Made by a program: the position numbers and the translations under genes. From the human T2T-CHM13v2.0 reference genome, Homo sapiens, in NCBI RefSeq assembly GCF_009914755.1, contig NC_060937.1: a DNA stretch of 64,000 nucleotides. One strand, given 5' to 3'. Positions 27,088-40,556 of the stretch are shown in pieces. The notes beneath the pieces are model-generated. The model had not been told where the DNA came from, did not search any database, and was given only the letters and a program-made list of their open reading frames with translations. The first letter of the stretch is position 1. Each line of letters opens with the position of its first letter.

Positions 27088-30000
27088 AAATTTAGAGGTT
27101 TAAAAATAGTGCGTTTTGTCTTATGGCTAAAGTGTGACAGACTTTAAGTTCTAGTTTGATTTTTGGGAAATAATAATATCTAATATGATAAATTGATAAT
27201 TATGCCCTGGGAAGATAAATGGTCTACACCTTGAAATTTACTAAATGTTTAGTATAGATGAAAGGAAATGCATCTTGAAATTTGCAAATGGTATTTACAC
27301 AATTTGTGGTGTACTTTGTATTGCCAATATGTTTAATGTGACGATTTGTGCAATCATGCCATTCAGAATCCTCAAACTCTAGGGCAACCGTCATAAAAGT
27401 TCACTCTCTTTATCTAAAAAGGAACTAAGTTATTTCTCCCTGTCCTCCAATTATTTTTATTGATTAAATACTTATAAGATTTGCCATGTTGGCCAGTTTT
27501 AATTCTACAGTTTGGTGGCATTAAGTACCATTTGCATTGCTGTGCAACCATCACCACCTTCCATCTCCAGAACTCTTTTTATCTGTAAAAGTGAAACTCT
27601 ATACCCATTAAACAATAACTTTGCCTTACCTCCTCTCTGTTGCTCTTGGCAACCACTGTTCTACTTTTTGTCTCCATGATTTTGGCTATGCTAACTAAGT
27701 ACCTCATACAAATGAAATCTTACAGTATGTGTTTTTTTGTGTCTGGCTTATCTCACTTGGCATAATGTCTTCAAGATTCATCTATGTTGTAAGCATAGGT
27801 CAGAATTTCATTCCTTTTTAAGGCTGTGTAATATTCCATTGCATGTAGATACCACATTTTGCTTATGCATTCATCTGTCGTGAATACTTGAGTTGCTTCC
27901 CTGTTTTAGCTATCGTGAATAATGCTGCTATAAACATGAGCACACAAATACTCCCCAAGATCTTGCTTTCAGTTCATTTGGGTATATACTCAGAAGTAAA
28001 ATTGCTGGATCATATGGTAATACTAGTTTTAGCCATGCTGTTTTCCACAGTGGCTGAACCATTTTACATTCCCACCAAAAGTGCACAAAGTTTTTAATTT
28101 CTCCATATTCTCACCAACACTTATTATTTTCTGTTTTTTTTTTAATAGTAGCCATCCTAATGAGTGTGATGTGTTACCTCATTATAGTTTTGATTTGCAT
28201 TTCCCTACTGGTTAGTGACATTGAGCATCTTGTTATGTGCTTATTTGCCACTTACATATTGTCTTTGGAGAAATGTCTAGTTAAGTCCTTTGCCCATTTT
28301 TTGTCAGATTGTTTACTTTGTTTTAAGTGAGTTTTAGGAATTCTCTATATACTCTGGATATTAATTTCTTATCAGATATGTTATCTGCAAACATTTTCTC
28401 CTATTCTGCACATTGCCTTTTTACTCTTTTTATAGCGCCCTTTGATGCACAAAACTTAAAAAATTTTCATGAAATTCAATTTGTCTATTTTGTCACATTT
28501 TGCCTACACCTTTAGTACCATATCTAAAATATCACTGCCAAACCCAATGTCATTAAGCTTTTGTTCTATGTTTTCTTATAAGAGTTTTATGATTTTAGGT
28601 CTTTCATTTAGGTATTTGGTCCACTTTGAGTTAATTTTTGTATATGGTGTTAGGTAAAGATCCAACTCATCTTTTTGCATGTAGATATCCAATTTTTCCA
28701 GCACCATTTGCTGAAAAGACTATCCTTTTCCCATTGTATAATCTTGACATCCTTGTCAAAAATCATTTGGCCATATATGCAAGGGTTATTTCTGGCATCT
28801 CTATATTATTCCTTTGGTCTATATGTCTGTCTTTATGCCACTACCCTACCACACTGAGTTGATTACTATAACTTTGTAGTAAGTTTTGGAATCAGGAGTG
28901 TGAGTCCTCTAACATTGTTCTTTTTCAAATCTGTTTGGCTATTTGGGATCTCTTGAGATTTTGTTTGAATTTTAGGATGGTTTTTTCAATGTCTTCAAAA
29001 GCCAATCTTAGGGTTTCGATAAAGATTGAATTGAATTTGTAGATTAGGTAGTATGGATGTCTTAATACTATTAAGTCTTTCAATCCATGAACATGATATG
29101 CATTCCAATTTATTTATGTCTTCATTTTTTCATCAATGTTTTATAGTTTAATTGTACAAGTTTTTCACCTCCTTGTATGAGGTAATTCCTACGTATTTTG
29201 TTCTTTCTGATGTTATTGTAAATTAAATTGTTTTTGTAATTTCCTTTCCAATTGTTCATTGTTAGTGTGTAGAAATGCAGCTAGTATTTGCATGCTGACT
29301 TTGTATCTTGGTACTTGCAGAATTCATTTATTAGTTCTAATAGTTTTTTGGGGGTGGAATCTTTAGGGGTTTCTTCATATAAAATCATGTCTTCTGTGAA
29401 CAGAGATCATTTTACTTCTTCCTTTCCAATTTGTATGCCTTTATTTCTTTGTCTTGCCTAATTGCTTTGGCCAGAACCTCTAGTACTATGTTGAATGGAA
29501 GTGGTAAAAGCAGACACTGTTGCCTTGTTTCTGATCTGAGAGAAAGTTTTCAGTTTTTCACCATATTTGCCTTGGGTTTTCACATATGGCTTTTATCATG
29601 TTGAGGTAGTTATTTTGTTCCTACTTTGTTGACTTTTTTTTTTTTCCAAGAAAGGGTATTAAATTAGATCGAAAGTTTTTTTCTGCATCAATTGGGATGA
29701 TTATGTGTTTTATTCCCCTTCATTCTGTTTACGTGATTATTACATTGATTAATTTTTTTGTGTTGAACTACCTTTGCATTGCATAAATAAATTCCACATG
29801 GTCATGATGTATAATCCTTTTAATATGGTGCTGAATTCAATTTACTATTTTGTTGAGGATTTTCACATCAACGTTCAAGAGGGATATTGCTCTGTAGTGT
29901 CTTTTTTTTTCTTGTAGTGTTTTCGTCTGGCATTTTATTTCTGTAGAAACAGTACTAATGTCCTTTTTTCTGTTTTAGGAAATCGAGGCTTCTTTTAAAA

Positions 30001-32419
30001 TCAATCTAGCTAACAGTTTGCCAATTTTGTTGATTTTTTCAGAGAACCAACTTTTGTTTTTCATTGATTTTTTATATTGTTTTTCTATTCTGTATTTCAT
30101 TTATCTTGGCTCTAATCTTTATTATTTCCTTCCTTCTTCTAGCTTTGGGTTTAGTTTGTTCTTTCACTAGTTTCTTAAATTGTAAAGTTAAACTGCTAAT
30201 TTGAAATGTTTCTTGTTTTTTAATGTAAACATTTATAAGTATAAATTTCTCCTTTACCACTGCTTAGCTATGTCTCATGAGTTTTGATATGTTGTGTTTT
30301 CATTTTTATTCTTCTCTAAGTATTTTATCATTTCCTTTGTGATTTGATCTTTGATCCATTGGTTGTAGAAGAGTATGTTGTTTAATGTTTACAATTTTGT
30401 GAATTTTCTGGTTTTATCTTTGTAACTGATATCTAACTTTATTCCATTGTGCTCAAAAAAGACACTTTGTATGATATCTTAATAAATCTATTGAGACTTA
30501 ATTTGTGGACTAACATGGGCTATCTTAGAAAATGGCTCATGTGCACTTGAGAAGAATGCATATGCTGGTGTTATTCAGTAAAGTGTTTGTATATGTACAC
30601 TAGATCTGGTTGGTCTATTATTTTGTTTAAGTCGTCTGTTTCTTTATTTATCTTCTGTCTGCTTGTTCTACCCATTATTGAAAGTAGGGTATTAGAGTAT
30701 CCAATTATTATTGTAGAACTATTTCTCCCTTCAGTTTTGTCAGTTTTTATTTTATGTATTTTGATGGCCTTTCATTAGGTGGGTAAATGTTTATAATTGT
30801 TATATCTCCTTACTGTATTTAAACTTTTATTAATATAGAATGTCTTTTTCCCTGGTAAACTTTTTTGATTTAAAGTGTATTTTGTCTGATATTAGTATAG
30901 ACACCCATTTCCCTCTTCTGTTTACTGTTTGCGTGGAATATCTTTTTCCAGCCTTTCACTTTAAGTCTATCTGTGTCTTTGTATCTGAAGTGACTCTCTT
31001 GTAGACAACACAGAGTTGGATCATTAAAAAACATCTATTCTGCTAATCTCTATCTTTTGACTGGATAATTTAATCAATTTACATTGAAAGTAATTGCTGA
31101 TAAAGAGGTTCTTCTGTCATTTTGCTGCTTGTTTTCTATATGCCTCATAACTTTTTTGTTCCTCATTTCCTGCATTATGAATTTCCTTTGTTTTTAATAA
31201 ATTTCTTCATAGTGAAATCTTTAAATTCCTTTCAATTTCCTTTTGTATATATTCTATAGATAGTTTCCTTGTGGTTAACATGAGGACTACCTTTAACATC
31301 CTGAAGTTATAACACTCTAATTTGAATTTATAGCCACTTGACTTCAATCTCATAAAAAAATACCTCTGCTCTTTTAACAGCTCTGTCTCTATTATTTTAG
31401 TTGTTGATGTCATAAAATCACTTGTTTATGTGCTTGTGTGCCCCAAAATATATGCTAATAATTGTTTGAGTTATAATTATTCAAATAGTTGTATTATTCT
31501 CTTATGTAAAAAACAAAATGTTGAGTTGGAAACTGAAGTTACAATAATACTAGCTTTTAGATTAATAAATTTTTAATGTATTAATCTCTTCAATCATGTA
31601 GAAAACAGAATTGAAGTTATAAACTGTTGTTACAATAATGTTAGCTTTTATAATTGCCCTTGTATTTAACTTTATTGAGATCTTTTTCATCTGGTTTTGA
31701 GTTACTGTCTAGTGCCCTTTTATTTTACTTTGCAGGACTCTGTTGAGCATTTCTTGCAGGGTAGGTCCAGTGGTAACAAACTTCCTTAGCTTTTGTTTAT
31801 CTGGGAATGTTTTAATTTCTCCCTTACTTTTGAAGGACAGTTTTGCAGGATATAAGATTCTTGGTTGATAGACTTTTTTCTTTTAGCATTTTGAATATGT
31901 TGGCCCACTGCCTTCTGGAGCCCAATGTTCTGTTGAGAAATCTGCTGATACTTTTATTGAGACTCTCTTGTATGTGATGAAGTGCTTCTCTGTTGCTGCT
32001 TTGAATATTATCTCTTTGTTTTTCAAAAGTTTGATTATAATGTATCTTGATTTGGGTCTATTTGAGTTAACCTTACTTGGAGTTTATGGAGCTTCTTGGG
32101 TGTTCATGTCTTTCATCAAATTTTGGATGTTTTTAGCCATTATTTCTTCAAATATTATTGCTGCCCCTTTCTTCTTATCTCTTTCTCTGGCTCCCAAAAT
32201 GCATATATTCGCCTGGTTGGTGATACCTCACAGTTCCCTTAGGCTATGTTCACTTTACTTTAATCTTTTTTCTTCTATTCTTTATGATTTTCATTTTCCT
32301 ATTTTCAAGTTTTCTGTTTTTTTCTTACTCCTGCTCAAATCTGCCTTTGAATTACTCTAGTGAATTTTACATTTTAATCATTGTACTTTATAGCTTCAGA
32401 ATTTCTAATTGGTTTCTTT

Positions 32420-32729
32420 ATTTCTTTCTTTCTTTTTTTTTTTTTTTTAAGATGTAGTTTAGCTCTTGTTGCCTAGGCTGGAGTGCAATGGTGTGATCTT
32501 GGCTCACGGCAACCCCTGCCTCCTGGGTTCAAGTGATTCTCCTGCCTAAGACTCCTGAGTAGCTGGGATTATAGGCACATGCCACAATGCCCAGCTAATT
32601 TTGTTTTTAGTAGAGATGGGGTTTCACCATGTTGGCCAGGCTGGTCTTGAACTCCTGACTTCAAGTGATCTGCCCACCTCGGCCTCCCAAAGTGCGGAGA
32701 TTACAGAGCATGAGCCACTGCATCCAGCC
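32420..32729 (-). mobile_element. AluS (Sx/Sq-like) inside L1
   Basis: Full dimer. TSD tctaattggtttcttt / tctaactggtttcttt. Confidence 0.93.
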
Positions 32730-32847
32730 TCTAACTGGTTTCTTTTTAGGTTTTCTATCAGTTTATAGACATTTCCATTTTGTTCATACATCTCTTTTTG
32801 ACTTTTTGCACATCTTCCTTTAGTTCTTTGAGCATCTTAAGGCAATT

Positions 32848-33153
32848 CTTTTTTTTTTTCTTTCTCTTTTTTTTGAGGTGGAGTGTCTCTCTGTCATCAG
32901 GCTGGAGTGCAGAGGCATGATCTTGGCTCACTGCAACCTCTAACTCCCTAGTTCAAGGAATTCTTCTGCCTCAGCCTCCTGAGTAGCTGGGATTACAGGC
33001 ATGCACCATCATGCCCAGCTAATTTTTGTATTTTTACTAAAGACAGGGTTTCGCCATGTTGCCTAGGATGGTCTAGATCTCCTGACCTCATGATCTGCCA
33101 CCTCAGCCTCCCAAAGTGCTGGGATTACAGGCGTGAGCCACCACACCCAGCCA
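32848..33153 (-). mobile_element. AluS (Sc-like) inside L1
   Basis: Full dimer with ggatggtctagatctcctgacctcatgatc. TSD ggcaattctt / ggcaattttt. Confidence 0.92.
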
Positions 33154-34741
33154 CGGCAATTTTTTAAATGTTTTTTTTCTAGTATATCTGCCATCAGTTC
33201 TTTTTAAGGGACACTTTCTGTGTTTGTTTGTTTGTTTGTTTTCCCCTTGAATGGGTGATAGTTTTCTGTTTTTTTTTTTTTTAATATATCTTGTGATTTT
33301 TGTTTAAAACTGGACATTAGAATTAATGTAGTAACTCTGGAAATCAGATTCTCTGGTTTCCCTGGGGTTTGCTGAGTTTTTAAAAAAAATTGCTTTAGTT
33401 CTAATTTTGATGGTTATAGACTGTCTCTGTGCCAAGGATAAGCCTAAGATATAAACTTAATGTCTTCTCAGGTCTTTACTGAGCCTGTGTCTTTTCCTGA
33501 ACACACAATCACTTTTTAGTTTCCCCATATACACAGTCATTTTAGAATATCCTAGTTTTTACTGTTAGGCTGTTAAAAAGGAAAAGAGAAAAATGAAGAA
33601 AGGGAGGGTGATGGTTCTTCAAATCCCCTGGAAGTCACTTCAGCCAGAGATGGAGGAGTTTGTGTCAATGAGGGAGGGTGAAACAACAGTGGCCACCTGC
33701 CTCTTTGACTGCACCTCTGTGATGAGAAGCAGGAATTAGCAATCAGAGCACAAATTACCAATATTTGGAGGACAGGCATCATTTTTCCTACCTTGGCTCA
33801 TATAAGCTGCGTGCAGATTGCTCCAGAATTGTGTGCATAGCTGCCTGCCATGGGGCTGGGAGTAGGAGCAGGTAGCTGCTACTATGCTAAGAGTCGAAAT
33901 TGATGAAAATTAACTGCAATTTACCACATAAGCCTATCTCTGGAAGTTGTAAATCTTCAATAAACTCCAGAGTTCCAAAATAGATACATCAGACAGATTC
34001 TACCATTGCAGTTGTTGTCAGACTCCTGGGGTTTCCTACCTCACCATCTTCCCAGAATCCTCAATTGGGACTATTATCTCTTAATGAGAAGGAAAGCCAG
34101 AACCCCAAAGGGAAAGCCTATTCAAAGAAAAATTGTTGACTACTGGGCATGATAATAACATTTTGTTTTCTGTTGGCAATTATTTGAAGAAATGCTTTAA
34201 TTTGTCAGTGTCAGAGAAGAGGTGGGGAGTATAAAGATCATATTTTACTTATAGGGATTTTCTTAATATTATATTGAGTTATCAGAAAAAATAATAATTA
34301 AAAAAATTATTTTTCTGTTTTGATGCTGCCTTTTTAGAGCTCAAGACATTTTCCAAAATATGTTTCTTCTCAAAGGGGTGCCCTTGTGAGTCAAGTAGGT
34401 TTCTAACACCCAGTCTTGCCCAGGCCTTTAGATCTGGGGTCAGCCAGGGTTCCAGCAAGTGAAACTTTCTTCATTAAGGCCTGCGTTTACATCTGAAAAT
34501 GATACCTCTTTATAACTTTAGAGGAATAATTTAGTTCTTATTTTCCACATGGGCTTATTCCTGAAATCTAGCAGAATATCCACAGGATAAAGAAAATAGA
34601 GTAAATGAGAGAGAGGGAGAAAAAATGAATAACAGCTAGGTTACATGGTTGATGTACTTGCTTGGGTGTGTTGTGGAAAGGGAGAAATGGAATCCTCTGC
34701 CACAGCCTTGACAAGACAGGTAAGTTGTTTAAAGAAAGCAA

Positions 34742-35046
34742 GGCTGGGCACGGTGGCTCACACCTGTAATCCCAGCACTTTAGGAGGCCGAGGTGGGCGG
34801 ATCACGAGGTCAGGAGATTGAGACCATCCTGGCAAACACGGTGAAACCCCGTCTCTCCTGAAAATACAAAAGATTAGCTGGGCGTGGTGGCAGGCACCTG
34901 TAGTCCCAGCTGCTCGGGAGGCTGAGGCAGGAGAATGGCATGAACCTGAGAGGCCGAGCTTGCAGTGAGCAGAGATTACACCATTGCGCTCCAGCCTGGG
35001 CAACAGAGCGAGACTCTGTCTCAAAAAAAAAAAAAAAAAAAAAAAA
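34742..35046 (+). mobile_element. AluY-like, full length
   Basis: gatcacgaggtcaggagattgagaccatcctggc, gaatggcatgaacc, gagcttgcagtgagc, and a pure A tail of ~24 nt. Confidence 0.93.
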
Positions 35047-35803
35047 GGCAAGACAAAGACAGAATAGGAGGTTTGACCATTAAATAATGTGGACTTAAGA
35101 AACAAAACAGAACCATGAAAAGTCATACTTAAGGCATTTATTACCCAACATGTTAAATGAAAGATCTGTGGTCACTGTGCTTAAGAGCATGTCAATTAAT
35201 TTACTTTGTCACACTGTCTATGGTCAATGCCAGGTGTCATGTCATCTCATATTTTGATGAGACTGGAATAAAAAGGGTAGGAGATGTCAGTTCTCACCCC
35301 CATGATTTTGTGCATATCTGTGACACCAAAAAGCACCTTGCAGCGATGATTGTATTTTTCAGTTTTGCAGGACTTCTTGGAATGTCAGGAAACACAATAG
35401 ACATATTAAATTGGAGAAAAATTGAGTTATTTAAAACTCAAATGTGGGCTTGTGGGGATGATTTCTCAATCAGTTTCTCTCTCTCCTCTCTCTGTTTCCC
35501 TTCAGAATTTCAGAGCAGAAAATAGGAAGTCAAGGCTTTGATGATAGGACTAAAACTTGCATTTTGGCTTCTCCTCTAATATAATATTAGTAATAACTTC
35601 CAGCATGTTTGTGGAGGAGTGCTTCTTCCCACTCTTGATTTTTTTCTTTCCTGTGGTTGCAGTCCCATTAGCATTTCACTCTTTGCCTGCTTCTAGCTTC
35701 TCACTCACATTCTGTAGAGGAGATGTGACCTAATCTCACTGGGGATTTGAGAAAGAGAAACTCAGCAAGTAAACTATAATTTTTTCCTTCCCCTTTGTCT
35801 TAG

Positions 35804-35845
35804 AAGCAAACCTACCCACAGAGGTCATTTGCCCTTATCTATGTG
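35804..35845 (+). other. Candidate 42-nt cassette micro-exon
   Basis: Acceptor ttttccttcccctttgtcttAG and donor GTG|GTAAGT. Length is divisible by 3, with no stop in any frame. Confidence 0.3.
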
Positions 35846-35974
35846 GTAAGTTTAGTAGTAAGTGTTGGGAAGGTTTGTGGTTACAACCTGGGATGGGAAG
35901 TCTGTATGTATTAAGGATTTAGTATAAGAAAGTTCACTTCCTTACAAACATATCTATCTTCTTTAATATCATCA

Positions 35975-36200
35975 TTATCATGATAAAAGTGTTACTCTAT
36001 GTACCAAACATTTATGATTCTAGGCAATTATTGACATGTATTTTTTTTTCATTTAACCCTTAAAACCTGCCGACGAGATAGGTGCTATTGTTACCCATTT
36101 TACACGTGAGAAAATGGGAACAGAGAGGCTAAAAAACTTGTTCAAGGTCACAAATAGCAGCTATTGGATAGCTGGTAAAAGATAGAGACAGGACCCACAG
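35975..36200 (-). mobile_element. MIR SINE
   Basis: taggtgctattgttacccattttacacgtgagaaaatgggaacagagaggctaaaaaacttgttcaaggtcaca. Confidence 0.8.
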
Positions 36201-38212
36201 CAAAGTGGACTGCCCTAGACCACCCTGATATACCATCTCACATATTAATTCCACACCTGTAATTTCCATTTGACTACACTATTTTCTCTAGGTCTCTCAA
36301 TTTTTTTCAAAAATTATGAAAAGTAGTTCACTTATGATGCAAAATATAATGCTTGCTAAGTCCTTTTATTTTCCTGAATGTTCTCTGGTGTCTTTTTTCA
36401 GTGCAAAAGTTGAAGAGCATCCTGCAGAGCAATCACAAGAAAAATAAAATTCAAAGGGAAAAGGTGACAAGTCACAGACAGTGCATTTTCTTGTCCTGAA
36501 ATCTGAAACAGAAAGCTATCAAAGCAGGAGCTGGGAATTGTGTGCAGGATAGGGAAATAAAAGAACCCCCTAAGTAAAGAGTTCTGTCACAGAGTCCTGT
36601 GGTGCAATGAGAATCAACCCCAAATGCTATTTGGAAAGAAAAAGACAATTACTAGATTTTTCTTGTATGATGTTTTATCAGAACAGCTTCAAAAACAGAT
36701 TGAAAACATTCTCAGGCAACAGCAGCATGAGAATGGGATGCCAGTTTTTGTGGCATGTGTGTACTTAGCAGTAAAGCATTCATAGAAAACACAGCTGTCT
36801 TTTAGATCCATCTGGCTAGGGGGCAGGCCTTCAAGATTTGACTGCTGGGAAATTTCATGTCATTTATGTATGTAGGAGAAAAGTAGGCAACTTGCGGTGT
36901 GAGTACTTCGATTTCCTGACACCAGAAGATTGTAACGTGAAGATGCAGCATTATAGATTAGGGCTCCAAGTGCAAAGCATGGCTAATTTTGTATCGTTAG
37001 TTATTAAAAGTCTTGGAAGAAATTTAGGTGTAAGACCATTTGGAAATTGTTAGATATTTGGAAGATGGTCATAAAGAATTCTCTCCTATCAACCTTGCTT
37101 TATGAAAAGTAAGAAAAACACAGAAGAAGCTAACTAAAAAGCCAAGTTCCCACCTACAGGGTGCATGCAGATTTACACCTCTCAAAAGAAAGCCACAACC
37201 TGGATTTCATTTCTGCTGTAGAGAGGTTCATTATGGTTAGGGTAGATAGTATAAATGCCTTAAACTAAAGTACAGTTAAGGATATCACAAAGATGCTAAG
37301 TACACACTTGATACATAGAAGACACACATGGAAATGAATCTAGTATTAACTTTTCCATCTATGGAAATCTTTTTTGAAGGTATTGAGAGTTACGGTGACC
37401 TCATTGCTCAGAAGTGGAATGAAGTTAACTTCAGCATTAGGAAACCTGCATCTAACTGCAGTCTGTAAATGCAGCACTGTGGACCAGTTGAGGAAAAGTC
37501 TGTAGTTGGGTGCTGGGTAGGGTTTCTCTTTGAAGACAGGTAGGAAAGAAGACTTTAGATTTGAATGTTGGCAGAGGATTAGTCTTGTGAGAAATAGAGG
37601 TTTAAAAGCGAATGCCTTTCTCAAGAGAATCAAGTGAAAAGATGGTATCAAGAAGTCACAAAGAAATCATTTGCATTGGTGGGCTGCACATGCTAGACAA
37701 GAACTCAGGGGCAGTTGGGGCCAGGTCAGGGTTCAGATTTCAGGTACCTGAAGGAGTGACAGCTTTTGAGACCTTGACATAAGACTTTTCATCTTGTCCC
37801 TTAAGGGAAACTTGGTCTTGCAGAAGCAGTGACTAGAGAGAGATTGACACAAGGTAACCCATCTGGCCATTCCTTTCACAAATAAGATCACCTGAGTTTC
37901 TCTTCAGATTAAGATAACCGTGAGGTAAGTGGTACAAACAATAAATAAAACATGATTCCAAATGTGGAAGAAATCACTGGGGCTGCAGGACAGCAGAGAA
38001 TGCTTGGGGCGTGAGTTAGGGACTTGGTCCAAAGGCTGAGTAGGACAGAAGCAAGATCAGAGAGAGAAGGCCAGTTATGAAGAGGTGAGTGCTGATGTAG
38101 GCAACGGGCACAGGGATCCTCCTCAATTACAATTTCCTTTCATCTACTTGTATTGAGAAAATCTGTTTGGATAAACAAGCTCATCTTCTGATATCCAATT
38201 ATCTTAATACAT

Positions 38213-38610
38213 GGTATCTTAGTTTGGGTCTCTTAAAAGTAGACTCTGAGACAAAAATTTGGGTGCAAGTAGTTTATTTGGGAGATACAAGGAATACTAG
38301 TATGAGAGAGAAGTGAGACGGAGAAGGTAAACCAGCCAATAAAGGGTGCGTCATGATACCCTCCCAATCATAGTGGAAGGCTAGAATTTAATCCTACAGG
38401 AGAATTCGAGGAAATATATGAAACATGCTTGTTGTAATTCTCTAACCTAATGTGGAGGGAGCCGAGGTCTTTACATACTAATTCCCTAGAGTCATTGGTT
38501 GAGGGCTGCTCCAGGCTGGTATTAATTCCCTAGCACTTTTGGTTTCTTTCATGTACAGTTCAGTCTTCACAGTTCTGGAAGCAACCTCAGTCCCAGGGAT
38601 ATGGGTACTG
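38213..38610 (-). mobile_element. ERVL-type LTR (LTR33/LTR16-like)
   Basis: tcttagtttgggtctc...agactctgagacaaaaatttgggtgcaagtagtttatttgggag. Confidence 0.7.
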
Positions 38611-40006
38611 ACAAGTATCTACTATTAGTGGATTAGGCTGATTAGTCACTTTAATTCTGTGTGAATTACTTGAATCCAGTTGCCCTTTTTTTTTTATTGT
38701 TTCTAAATAAGAGAGTCAGCATTTTGATAGGCTTAAATGAAACGTATGATTTATGCCTTGACAACCTGGACAAGAGAGCAGAGTTTGAGTTAATCTTTGC
38801 ATGTCAGTCAGTGCTTCATCGCTAGTATATTCCCAATGACTGGTGGTTGAATTGTATTTAAAGGTGTTGAAAGGGAGGTGGAAAGGCCATTAAAAGACAT
38901 ACTCCAACAGTTCTACTATTTTTTTCCCTGAGTCTACAAACCATGCCAGATCCTTAACAAAGGTAGGTATTCTTGGAATTTCATGAATGGCACCATTTGA
39001 AAAGCAGAGTGTTTAGTAAATATTGAAAAATAATAATGAGATAATTTGTGTATTTCCCACCATCTGGGAGTTTTCACACTAGTATTCAGCTTTCAGGCTC
39101 TTATTCATGCTCTTCTATTTAATTATGCTCTTTGTATGAACATAAATAATTCTTTTCACTGAAGCAAATTCTTAAATATTCTCATTCTTTATTTTTAATC
39201 TTAAAAATTAAAATAGGAATTATATAATTTCATATTCTTGAAGTTATTCCTTCTCCTTTTACTTTCAAATCATTTTATTTTATATTAATTACTTTGGGGG
39301 ATTAATGCTAATTATTTGATTCCATGTTAGTAAATGATAAGATATAATCACAGTAATAATTAATTTTTTTACTACTGGATAACTTTCATTCTTTAGTCCT
39401 TGTACAGTATGCAGTATAGTTGTTTTTGGAATTTGTGATTGATCCTTGCCTTTTTAAGTAGAGGTTCTGAATAAATTATGGTCCATTCAGTAAAGGTTTT
39501 AAATGTCCAATTGCTGATGAATTTTTTTTTCGTTTAGCATTAAACAAAATTAAATTAAAAAAATTTTCCTGTATGAATGAAATTCAGCTGGGTTCTTTAA
39601 GACACATGTCATTAAAATGTGCATGCAGGATTAGAAAAATATCTTTAACACCTGTTTCATTTTATGCCTACACATTTCATACTTGATTAACTGTCATTAC
39701 CTGGCATATTTCTTCACAGCAAATTGATGCTTCTGTCCTAGAGTGGTTATAGTGGTGCTGGTACTGATGAAGGTGTTATGAAGTACTAGGGGATGGCACA
39801 GAGAGAAAGTGAAGGCTAACACACGGCTGACATTATAGGGAGTAGGCCAAAGTCAGTCAATGATATTTTAGTTTATCAGCAGAGGTTTCCTGAAGGTCCT
39901 GGGAAATTTTAGAAAAGTCAAAAGAAAGCATGATAGACACGTGGGAAGTATGATAAGCTCCATGACACTTCACTTTTGCTCCTGCCTCAGGACCTGTGTG
40001 CTTGCT

Positions 40007-40530
40007 TTTTTAAATCAGTCTAGTTAGCAGTCTGTTTACCTTATGTATTCTTTCAAAAACCAAATTTTTGGTTTTGTTGATCTTTTGTATGAATTTTCAG
40101 TTTCATTCAGTTCAGGTCTGATTTTGGTTATTTCTATTCTTCTGCTTGCTTTAGGGTTGGTTTGCTCTTGCTTTACTAGTTCCTCTAGGAGGGATATTTG
40201 GTTGTTAATTTGAGATCTTTCTGACTTTTTGATGTAGGTGTTTAGCACCAGAAACTTTCCTCTTAACACTGTTTAAGCTATGTTCCAGAGATTCTTGTAT
40301 GTTGTATCTTTGCTTTTATTAGTTTCAAATAATTTCTTGGTTTCTGCCTTAATTTCTTTATTTATTCAAAAGTCATTCAGGAGCAGGTTGTTTAATTTCC
40401 ATGTGATTGTATGATTTTGAGAGATTGTCTTGATATTGATTTCTATTTTTATTGCACTGTGGTCTTTGAGTGTGGTTGGTGTTATTTTTTAAAATTTGTT
40501 GAGAATTGGTTATGGCTGAGAATGTGGTTG
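40007..40530 (-). repeat. Inverted copy of L1 segment 44651-45164
   Basis: The reverse complement aligns to 44651-45164 with ~16 substitutions and 3 small indels. ORFs 40036-40269(-) and 44900-45133(+) differ at only 3 of 77 aa. Confidence 0.95.
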
Positions 40531-40556
40531 CTCTTCCCTTTGCCTGGAATGCTCTT

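Larger units (their letters stand above)
27452..34062 (-). mobile_element. Long decayed L1MB-type LINE with internal deletions, 3' UTR to 5' end, interrupted by two Alus
   Basis: 3' UTR (tgtgcaaccatcaccacc...ccagaactcttt), antisense ORF2 (ORF 30072-30260 resembles L1 ORF2: YIKKQETFQI...KPKARRRKEIIKIRAKINE), ORF1 region, and a 5' end at ...ccatcttcccagaatcc. Confidence 0.88.

Noticed and set aside
30072-30260. Third region similar to the duplicated L1 segment (antisense L1MB ORF2)
   Set aside because: Only family-level similarity. It lacks the private variants shared by 40007-40530 and 44651-45164, so it is not the donor.
37346-37651. ORF with KSSFLPVFKEKPYPAPNYRLF, faintly like the LINE RT-upstream motif (PIxK...NYRPISL)
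   Set aside because: The similarity is too weak and no downstream RT motifs are visible. A Dfam/HMM search would be needed.
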